Below are positions 39,255-45,641 of a DNA stretch of 64,000 nucleotides, in pieces. The notes below the pieces were generated by a model, which was not told the DNA's origin, made no database searches, and saw only the letters and a list, made by a program, of their open reading frames with translations. Origin of the DNA: a virus. The position numbers and the translations under genes are program-made. Every line of letters starts with the position of its first letter. Position 1 is the stretch's first letter. Where the stretch lies: IMG/VR virus record IMGVR_UViG_3300042914_002167; one strand, given 5' to 3'.

Positions 39255-39362
39255 ATGGTTCCCTTTAGTTCATCAATCGTCAGAGTCTGGAATGAGTGTG
39301 CTTATAGCACAGACTCACGCCTACCTGCGATTCAGAAACACCATCTGAGGGTCCATCTGTAA
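39255..39362 (+). CDS. Putative attenuator leader peptide (35 aa)
   Basis: Late promoter TATAAATA 39222, GGAG RBS, MVPFSSSIVRVWNECAYSTDSRLPAIQKHHLRVHL*. Confidence 0.65.
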   Translation: MVPFSSSIVRVWNECAYSTDSRLPAIQKHHLRVHL

Positions 39363-39390
39363 GAAGTACACAAGAAGTACACCAACCAAA

Positions 39391-39425
39391 GGACCCTAGC
39401 GACGAAAGTTTCTAGGGTTTTTTGT
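39391..39425 (+). terminator. Intrinsic terminator with competing antiterminator
   Basis: GACCCTAG/CTAGGGTT stem plus T-run; AGGGTCC (39348-54) is complementary to GGACCCT (39391-97). Confidence 0.8.
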
Positions 39426-39459
39426 TTGTTGTATCAAAACAACAAGAGTGAAAAATCGC

Positions 39460-39830
39460 TTGACGGATCAGCATCAACCGATGTATACTGTGTCTGTTGA
39501 GTGAGAAATCGCTCAACGTCAGAGGAAGAAGAAAGACTGACTAAAACAGTCAAGAATTCAGAAGCCTCTTGACAAGATGCGGTAGACGATGTATACTGTA
39601 TCTGTTGAGTGAGAAATCGCTCGGTTCTTTAACAATCAGTGATTAGATCGAAGTGCTAGTGTAAATGAGCACACACCCCTAGTACTAGTCTGGAATCAAG
39701 GGTGGAGAACACGCGGCTCAAAAAGCAGATGCGAGTGCATTTCGATCTAATCATTGAAAGTTGTTGACAGTAAATCAGGTTACTGATACACTGTCTTCAT
39801 TGCTGAGAAATCGGCGATGTTCTTTAACAA
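39460..39830 (+). promoter_or_regulatory. Three tandem sigma70 promoters with boxB-like GAAA hairpins and boxA sites
   Basis: TTGACG/TATACT, TTGACA/TATACT, TTGACA/TACACT; (G/T)GTTCTTTAACAA at 39623 and 39818. Confidence 0.8.
39636..39757 (+). ncRNA. Long-stem structured RNA cassette A
   Basis: ~21-bp closing stem TCAGTGATTAGATCGAAGTGC/GCATTTCGATCTAATCATTGA. Confidence 0.6.
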
Positions 39831-39844
39831 TCAGAAGATCATTT

Positions 39845-39919
39845 GCTCCCGTCGTCTACTGGCTAGGACGCTGCCCTTTCAAGGCGGAAAAGACGGATCG
39901 AAACCGTTCGGGAGTACCA
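39845..39919 (+). tRNA. tRNA-Glu(TTC)
   Basis: Cloverleaf, CCA. Confidence 0.9.
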
Positions 39920-39996
39920 TATTGAAGCACACTATCTTGCTGGTGCATACAACGGGTTATGAGCGAGTCTTAATAATAGTGTGTTTCAATATGGTA
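39915..39996 (+). ncRNA. Long-stem cassette B (CCATATTGAA family)
   Basis: ACCATATTGAAGCACACTAT/ATAGTGTGTTTCAATATGGT. Confidence 0.65.
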
Positions 39997-40082
39997 AAGA
40001 ATTTGTATTTACGACTGTGTACTACTCCTAATTTATGGAGACTACAAGCAGCGCCGGAAAGCGTAACCGGCTAGAATATAAT

Positions 40083-40170
40083 GGGGGCTGTTCTCTGCGG
40101 GTGACTGTAAATCACTTGCCATAATATGCAGAGTGGCGGCAATTAGGTTCGATTCCTTCAGTCCCCACCA
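40083..40170 (+). tRNA. Atypical D-armless tRNA-Tyr(GTA)-like RNA
   Basis: Acceptor stem, CTGTAAA loop, T-loop, CCA; no D arm. Confidence 0.6.
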
Positions 40171-40177
40171 AGTTTTT

Positions 40178-40272
40178 GGGTGTATTGGCAGAAATAGGTT
40201 ATGCATCTCAGAGTACACTGTGATCAACAGTCGAAAGAGAATATTCGGGTGCGAATCCTGAAACATCCACCA
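40178..40272 (+). tRNA. tRNA-like RNA with expanded anticodon arm
   Basis: Acceptor, D and T arms and CCA present; 27-nt region in place of the anticodon loop. Confidence 0.55.
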
Positions 40273-40279
40273 AGTTTAT

Positions 40280-40354
40280 GGGCTGATAGTGATAATGGGA
40301 GCACAGGGGCTTTGCAAGCCTTTAGTCGGGGTTCGATCCCCCGTCGGTCCACCA
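40280..40354 (+). tRNA. tRNA-Ala(TGC)
   Basis: G3:U70, CCA. Confidence 0.9.
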
Positions 40355-40360
40355 AGTTAT

Positions 40361-40456
40361 GCTGTATTCCAAGTTACTGCGATCTCTCAGTTCAAAGCTG
40401 TCGCAGTGTAAAGAGAAGAACGATAGGTCAATCTTCTTGGATAAAATACAGCGCCA
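40361..40456 (+). ncRNA. CCA-ended non-cloverleaf RNA
   Basis: GCTGTATT/AATACAGC stem plus GCCA; internal hairpin and possible TCTCT/AGAGA pseudoknot. Confidence 0.5.
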
Positions 40457-40460
40457 ATAC

Positions 40461-40535
40461 ACCCGCATGGCTCAGTGGTAGAGCAGCGTCTTGATAAGGC
40501 GAAGGTCGGTGGTTCAATCCCACCTGTGGGTACCA
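40461..40535 (+). tRNA. tRNA-Ile(GAT)
   Basis: Cloverleaf, CCA. Confidence 0.9.
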
Positions 40536-40544
40536 AGACAAGAT

Positions 40545-40622
40545 GGGACTATAGTTTAACGGTTAAAACATCTCCCTTTTAAGGAGTAAGACTCTTCGGT
40601 TCGAATCCGAGTGGTCCCACCA
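40545..40622 (+). tRNA. tRNA-Lys(TTT)
   Basis: Cloverleaf, CCA. Confidence 0.88.
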
Positions 40623-40628
40623 AAATTT

Positions 40629-40668
40629 GCGACCGTAACTCAGTGGATAGAGTAGAAAACTTCATTTT
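40629..40668 (+). pseudogene. 5' half of a tRNA-Arg-like gene
   Basis: GCGACCGTAACTCAGTGGATAGAGTAGAAAACTTC breaks off at the anticodon. Confidence 0.6.
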
Positions 40669-40684
40669 TATATATAGAATAAAT

Positions 40685-40762
40685 GCGGCTGTAGCTCAGA
40701 GGAATTAGAGCATCGCTCTTCTAAAGCGAGGGTCGTTGGTTCGAATCCAACCAGCCGCACCA
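40685..40762 (+). tRNA. tRNA-Arg(TCT)
   Basis: Cloverleaf, CCA. Confidence 0.92.
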
Positions 40763-40781
40763 AATTCTAAAGGACAAAAAA

Positions 40782-41528
40782 ATGAAGAAAATATGCAATA
40801 AATGTAATAACGAATTTACAACTAGATCGGGCAACTATGATAAACATATAAATTCTTGCAATGGAATCTATATTAGATTTGAAAAATCTATCAAATGTAA
40901 ATACTGTAGTTTAGATTTTTCTGATCTGAAAACATCTGAAAGAGCAAATCACAGCAGATGGTGCGATAACAATCCAAAAAGAAAACAATACAATAAACAT
41001 CTTGAGAAAGCTAGGAATGAAATAACTCAAGAAAGTAGAAGAAAAGCTGCTGAGAGAATCAAACAAGCCCATGCAGAAGGCAAGTATGCTGGTGTTGCTA
41101 AGAAAGTGATAGATATTAGAAGAAAAAGAGGTTCGTTATTTCATTCAAATGAAACAAAGGATCTTATTAGACAAAAAGCACTTTCTTCGCCTCACCGAAG
41201 ATTGAAAAGAAAAATGATTGAGTATAATGGCGTTTGGTTAGACTCAACATGGGAATTAGAACTTGCTAAAAGATTAGATAGTTTAGGGATAAAGTGGATT
41301 AGACCAGATCCACTTCCTTGGTTCGATGAGTGTGGAGTCAAGCATAACTATTTTCCAGACTTCTATCTTATAGACTATGATATATTTCTTGATCCAAAAA
41401 ACGCCCATGCAAAAAAGGTGCAGTTGAAAAAAATTGATTGCTTACGGGTGCAGTACCAAAATATTGTTATAATAAACACCTTAGAAGAATGTAAGACATA
41501 CTTTCCACACAATAAAGAAAAGTGTTGA
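40782..41528 (+). mobile_element. Putative homing endonuclease (Zn fingers, NUMOD-like segment, PD-(D/E)xK domain)
   Basis: CxxC pairs; HSNETKDLIR; DSTWELE...YFPDFYL...LDPK; AT-rich. Confidence 0.75.
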
Positions 41529-41629
41529 CATCCGATGTGTTCTGATTTATAATGAACACATCAAGAAAAGCACGAAGACTGCCACCCCGGCAAGAGTGCG
41601 ACGAGGTTGTCGAATCTGCCTCGGTATGT

Positions 41630-41703
41630 GCCTCTTTAGTTTAATGGTAAAACTCCGCCCTTACAAGACGGTTACGGCAGTTCGATTCTGTCAAGAGGCA
41701 CCA
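41630..41703 (+). tRNA. tRNA-Val(TAC)
   Basis: Cloverleaf, CCA. Confidence 0.88.
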
Positions 41704-41895
41704 TTTAGTTTGTTGTTTCTGAAAATACCTGTGCAACCAGGTCAGTGCAATGCTAATACTGTGGACGGTACCTTTCAAACAGTACGCAGTTCTCTCTGAC
41801 GAAAAACGGAGTAGCTACCTAAAATAAGTCGGTGGGATGAAAAGCAAACGGCTACGGGTGAACGTAGTCTATAAAGAGACAACAAACTAAATGGT
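41700..41895 (+). ncRNA. Long-stem cassette C
   Basis: ACCATTTAGTTTGTTGTTTCT/AGAGACAACAAACTAAATGGT. Confidence 0.6.
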
Positions 41896-41903
41896 TTTAC
41901 AAT

Positions 41904-41983
41904 GGCCGACGGGACTGCATGGAGTGGTCGCTTGCCTGTCACGCAAGAGAGTCAGAGGGGATCGTTACCCCTGTCGGTCGCCA
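41904..41983 (+). tRNA. tRNA-Asp(GTC)
   Basis: CTGTCAC loop, CCA; atypical T-loop. Confidence 0.8.
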
Positions 41984-41994
41984 AGCAAAACAAT

Positions 41995-42068
41995 CGCGGG
42001 CGAGGAAGAGAGCAATCCGCTAGGCTCATAACCTAGAGATACCCTGTGCGACTCGGGGGTCCGCAACC
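41995..42068 (+). tRNA. tRNA-fMet(CAT)
   Basis: C1:A72 mismatch, CTCATAA loop. Confidence 0.75.
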
Positions 42069-42078
42069 CTTCAGTTTT

Positions 42079-42140
42079 AGAGTAGGTTCAGCAAACAATA
42101 ATACATTAGACTTGTAATCTAAACCGTAAAAAACTACTCT
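42079..42140 (+). ncRNA. CAGCAAA-family RNA 1
   Basis: AGAGTAG-GTTCAGCAAAC...AAA-CTACTCT. Confidence 0.65.
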
Positions 42141-42151
42141 GTTGTAACAAT

Positions 42152-42226
42152 AGGTCATAAACTTTGATGGTGAAGTCCACCCTCTTAAGGTGAGAGAACG
42201 CAGTTCGAACCTGCGATGACCTACCA
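42152..42226 (+). tRNA. tRNA-Lys(CTT)-like with irregular anticodon arm
   Basis: Acceptor and T arms, CCA; CACC-TCTTAA-GGTG. Confidence 0.65.
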
Positions 42227-42237
42227 AAAGTAAATTA

Positions 42238-42314
42238 GCCCCGGTGACGGAATAGGTATACGTGTTGGTCTTAGAAACCAAATTTTAGGAGTTCGAGTCT
42301 CCTCTGGGGCACCA
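42238..42314 (+). tRNA. tRNA-Leu(TAG), short variable loop
   Basis: Cloverleaf, CCA. Confidence 0.85.
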
Positions 42315-42779
42315 TATTGAAGCACATTGTTAGTTCACGGGTGTGGCAACCCTAAGCAGAAGCGTGCCAGCAGCCAATTGGGTCGATCTTCTGTCAGTGT
42401 GTTTCAATATGGCGAGTTAGGTAGTTCTAAAGTGAAGGGTGACCAGAGGTTTTGCAAGACCGAAGAGAGAGATAACCGAGGAGTGAAAATACGTCTAGAT
42501 CCGTACTACCAAGGACGTTCTTGCCGCCATATTGAAACACATTTTTCTGAAACGCCAGTCGCGCGCCATGCATAGTAGGTTAAGTGTGTTTCAATATGGT
42601 AAGTGCGTTATAGTGTGTAGTGGGTGGGATTAGTCCTTTCACGGCCCATGAAGCTCTACCCGCTCAGTGACGCAGCGGGACCATATTGAAGCATATCGGG
42701 TACGGGGCTTACCTGACTAGTAAGCGTGTGCGGGAGTTAGTCGCCCGTATCGCAGAACACCGGTATGTTTCAATATGGT
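42312..42779 (+). ncRNA. Tandem long-stem cassettes D (42312-42412), E (42527-42599), F (42680-42779) with structured spacers
   Basis: Each bounded by CCATATTGAA(G/A)CA.../...TGTTTCAATATGG. Confidence 0.7.
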
Positions 42780-42785
42780 AAATTT

Positions 42786-42862
42786 GCCCGGGTGATGGAA
42801 TAGGAATACATACCGAACTTAAAATTCGGGTTTTACGGGTTCGACCCCCGTCCCGGGTACCA
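42786..42862 (+). tRNA. tRNA-Leu(TAA), short variable loop
   Basis: Cloverleaf, CCA. Confidence 0.85.
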
Positions 42863-42875
42863 TTAAGGATAAACT

Positions 42876-43253
42876 ATGAAGCTTAAGAATTTTGAAATTG
42901 CCGAAGAATACCTATCATCTGTAAATGTTGTACAGGAGGCGGAGTATACCTTACAATCCCCTCTTGAATATGTACCAGAACATATAAGAGAGATGTTCAA
43001 GGATGGGAAGGCTAAGATGACTACGCAGTCCTGGGCTGACCATCCGGAGTTTGTTAAACTACGCCATCTACTAGAAGCCGAAGGGTACGTTAGAGTAGAA
43101 TGGGGTTGGTGGAATGGAGATAGGGTATTAAAAGCATTCACACTTAACGGTATTAGGTTTTATAAAGATGGCCAATTTCCGTGTGCGTCTGCACTCGGAA
43201 TACAGTATAAGATTGCAAAAGAAAACGGTAGAAAAACATTTAGTAAGTATTGA
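42876..43253 (+). CDS. Hypothetical protein inside the tRNA array
   Basis: AAGGA RBS; GWWNGDRVLK motif. Confidence 0.65.
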   Translation: MKLKNFEIAEEYLSSVNVVQEAEYTLQSPLEYVPEHIREMFKDGKAKMTTQSWADHPEFVKLRHLLEAEGYVRVEWGWWNGDRVLKAFTLNGIRFYKDGQFPCASALGIQYKIAKENGRKTFSKY

Positions 43254-43284
43254 GTTTTATTCCCCTTGACGCACGAGGTGTTAT

Positions 43285-43447
43285 GGTATCAAATAGTAAG
43301 ACCTATGTAAAATGTGTAACCAGCAGCCTAACTTTCAAGGTATTACCGATCTCTGTCATGCAATAAATGTGCTGTGGTGGCACTGCATTGATATGAGAGG
43401 GCATCTTATGCTCTTAAACAGATGAAAGTGTCTTACTATTTGATACT
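43285..43447 (+). ncRNA. Long-stem cassette G
   Basis: GGTATCAAATAGTAAGAC/GTCTTACTATTTGATACT. Confidence 0.6.
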
Positions 43448-43522
43448 GGTGATATGACGTAGATGGATGCGTAGCGGTTTCATAAGCCGACGAGGAAGGA
43501 TCGATACCTTCTATCACCACCA
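43448..43522 (+). tRNA. tRNA-Met/Ile2(CAT)
   Basis: TTCATAA loop, CCA. Confidence 0.8.
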
Positions 43523-43528
43523 AGATAA

Positions 43529-43607
43529 CCGAGATTAGGATAGTCTGGTTCATTCCGCCTGCTTTGGGAGCAGGAAACCGCTGGTTCGAATCCAGCATCT
43601 CGGACCA
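43529..43607 (+). tRNA. tRNA-Pro(TGG)
   Basis: Cloverleaf, CCA. Confidence 0.9.
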
Positions 43608-43612
43608 TTTTT

Positions 43613-43668
43613 AGACTGCATACAGCAAATACAAAAAACTTTATTGGACTAAAGCAAAAACGCAGTCT
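43613..43668 (+). ncRNA. CAGCAAA-family RNA 2
   Basis: AGACTGC-ATACAGCAAAT...AAAC-GCAGTCT. Confidence 0.65.
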
Positions 43669-43677
43669 GTTGTTTTT

Positions 43678-43752
43678 AGGGGATTAGCCAAGTGGTAAGG
43701 CATCTGATTTTGATTCAGACATCCGGTGGTTCGATCCCATCATCCTCTGCCA
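43678..43752 (+). tRNA. tRNA-Gln(TTG)
   Basis: Cloverleaf, CCA. Confidence 0.9.
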
Positions 43753-43804
43753 AAAAAAAGTTCTTGACAAGTGTTCAGAACGCATATATAATTTAGAAAT
43801 CAAT

Positions 43805-43883
43805 TCCGCAGAACCCGAGCATGGTGCATGGGCTGGACTGTTAATCCATGGTTAGCTGAGATCGTTACTCAGATGCGGAGCCA
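43805..43883 (+). tRNA. tRNA-Asn(GTT)
   Basis: CTGTTAA loop, CCA; atypical T-loop. Confidence 0.8.
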
Positions 43884-43891
43884 AGAATAAC

Positions 43892-43974
43892 GCTGGAGTC
43901 GCATAGCGGCGATTGCAACGGTTTTGTAAGCCGTCGGGAAACCCACGTGAGTTCGAGTCTCACCTCCAGCACCA
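43892..43974 (+). tRNA. tRNA-Thr(TGT) with a variable-arm hairpin
   Basis: TTTGTAA loop; GGG-AAA-CCC extra arm; CCA. Confidence 0.8.
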
Positions 43975-44035
43975 AGTAAAAGTCGCGATGACACTCCGCG
44001 TACAATAGGATAAGTAGTGTGTCAACGAATTCAAT

Positions 44036-44110
44036 GGGGGATTAGTATAGTTGGGAACACGATGCCCTTGCAAGGCATAGTCACCGGATCGTACCCGGTA
44101 TCCTCCACCA
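44036..44110 (+). tRNA. tRNA-Ala(TGC), second copy
   Basis: G3:U70, CCA. Confidence 0.8.
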
Positions 44111-44127
44111 AACAAACGGAGAGCAAT

Positions 44128-44325
44128 ATGAGCGACGGTGGCAAAGGATCAAAACCTAGACCATTCAGTGTAAGTCATGAAGAGTGGTCAAATCGGTGGG
44201 ATGCAATCTTTGGTAGGGATTTGAAAGATGATACGAAAGAACGCATACAGACAGTATTACCTAAAGAAGCTGAAGTTTCACCTGAAACTAGTTTTTTGGG
44301 CAATGAAGGGCGTGATTCTCAATAG
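44128..44325 (+). CDS. Small hypothetical protein
   Basis: MSDGGKGSKPRPFSV...WDAIFG; GGAG RBS. Confidence 0.6.
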   Translation: MSDGGKGSKPRPFSVSHEEWSNRWDAIFGRDLKDDTKERIQTVLPKEAEVSPETSFLGNEGRDSQ

Positions 44326-44338
44326 AAGGATCTAATGT

Positions 44339-44412
44339 TCCGGTGTAGTATAATGGCAGTGCTGCGGCTTCCAAATCCGCGAGTGGGAGTTCGATTCTCT
44401 CCACCGGAGCCA
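44339..44412 (+). tRNA. tRNA-Trp(CCA)
   Basis: TTCCAAA loop, G73, CCA. Confidence 0.8.
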
Positions 44413-44434
44413 AATCAAACGAAAGGAAACTATC

Positions 44435-44611
44435 ATGGAAACTAAGAAGTGGTATCTATCTAAGACAGTCTGGATCAACATCGTTGCGTTGGTTGGATTG
44501 ATCGTTCAAACACAAACTGGCTTTCTCTTGACGCCAGAAGTTCAAGCAATGGCTTTGACTCTTGTCAATCTTGCTGTTCGCACAGTGACAAAGCAGGAAC
44601 TTACTGTATGA
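44435..44611 (+). CDS. 58-aa two-TM holin-like protein (not in ORF track)
   Basis: METKKWYLSKTVWINIVALVGLIV...ALTLVNLAVRTVTKQELTV*; AAGGA RBS. Confidence 0.6.
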   Translation: METKKWYLSKTVWINIVALVGLIVQTQTGFLLTPEVQAMALTLVNLAVRTVTKQELTV

Positions 44612-44624
44612 AGTAATGAGTAAT

Positions 44625-44698
44625 GCGGGTGTCGTATAGTGGTAATACCTTAGCCTTCCAAGCTAAAGCGAGGAGTTCGATTCTCCTCACCCGCTCCA
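44625..44698 (+). tRNA. tRNA-Gly(TCC)
   Basis: Cloverleaf, CCA. Confidence 0.92.
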
Positions 44699-44720
44699 TA
44701 AAAACTGAGAGGAGTATATC

Positions 44721-45215
44721 GTGTATACCAGAATGAATGTTGACGCAGTGAAAGACTTCATCATGAATCAGTCTCCAGAGACAAAAGTCTACATTGGTGG
44801 AGACTCTGAGCGCATTATGATCAATGACGTTTGGTATGCCGATTATACTCTTGCTGTTGTTGTTCATATTGACGGAAAGCATGGCTGTAAAATCTTTGGT
44901 GATGTGCAGCGTGAAAAAGACTATGAGAAGAACAAGAACAGACCTCGAATGAGGCTCATGACGGAAGTCTACAAGATTTCCGAATTGTATCTCCAGCTTG
45001 CTGATGTCTTAGAAGACAGAGAAGTTGAAATTCACCTGGACATCAACCCAGATGAAAGATACGGAAGTTCTTGTGTAGTGCAAGAAGCAATCGGATACAT
45101 TCGCGGTATGTGTAATGTGGTGCCTATGGTAAAGCCAAGAGCATTCGCAGCATCTTACTGCGCAGACAGACTAAAAGAGATCATAAACATGCAGCAAAAC
45201 AAACTTGCAGCATGA
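44721..45215 (+). CDS. RNase H-like YkuK-family protein
   Basis: VYIGGDS...RLMTEV...EIHLDIN...KPRAFAASYCAD. Confidence 0.8.
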   Translation: MYTRMNVDAVKDFIMNQSPETKVYIGGDSERIMINDVWYADYTLAVVVHIDGKHGCKIFGDVQREKDYEKNKNRPRMRLMTEVYKISELYLQLADVLEDREVEIHLDINPDERYGSSCVVQEAIGYIRGMCNVVPMVKPRAFAASYCADRLKEIINMQQNKLAA

Positions 45216-45267
45216 CTTGACAGGAAGACAATTTCCTGATACACTATAGTCTGTAGATTGAAAACTT

Positions 45268-45474
45268 AGGGTGATTACAGCAAACAAATTCTAACGCTAA
45301 GGAGAGTCTTTAATCGGAGGACCCGCGTAAGCGGTTACAAAGTAGACTAGGATGCACAATTGCCGAATCTTGTGCTAGTGCCTACGACATAGGATGACGC
45401 AGATAATTCTGATAGTTTGGGTGGGGAGAAGCACCTTAGTTAGAACAACTGATCAAACACGAACCGAACACCCT
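45268..45474 (+). ncRNA. CAGCAAA-family RNA 3 (large insert)
   Basis: AGGGTG-ATTACAGCAAAC...AA-CACCCT; own promoter TTGACA(45217)-17-TACACT. Confidence 0.65.
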
Positions 45475-45486
45475 GCTATATTTACG

Positions 45487-45620
45487 AGAATAGGTTCAGC
45501 AAATCAAATGACTTAGCGTGTAACGCGCTTCCGGTATGTTGGGGAGAACCCCGGCAAGGTGAGTTTCGAGTTCTCTCCTTCGGTTCAATTCCGAAAGACT
45601 AAAAAGAAGAAAACTATTCT
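45487..45620 (+). ncRNA. CAGCAAA-family RNA 4 with T-arm mimic
   Basis: AGAATAG-GTTCAGCAAAT...TTCGG-TTCAATT-CCGAA...AAA-CTATTCT. Confidence 0.7.
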
Positions 45621-45641
45621 GTTGCATTGAAAGGAAATATC

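Noticed and set aside
39953-39964. CGGGTTATGAGC is antisense to the usual bacterial tRNA-fMet anticodon arm
   Set aside because: Only 12 nt, it is explained by local hairpin pairing, and other cassettes show no comparable antisense match
39915-42779. CCATATTGAA repeats as a CRISPR array
   Set aside because: They are inverted pairs with irregular spacing; no direct repeat-spacer period and no cas genes
39919-42780. Theta/HDV-like, hammerhead or pistol ribozymes after tRNAs
   Set aside because: Could not fit the catalytic cores by eye; needs an Infernal search
39817-43598. Short ORF-track calls over the tRNA array (e.g. 39817, 40201, 41596, 42327)
   Set aside because: Overlap tRNAs or structured RNAs; no RBS or protein-like features
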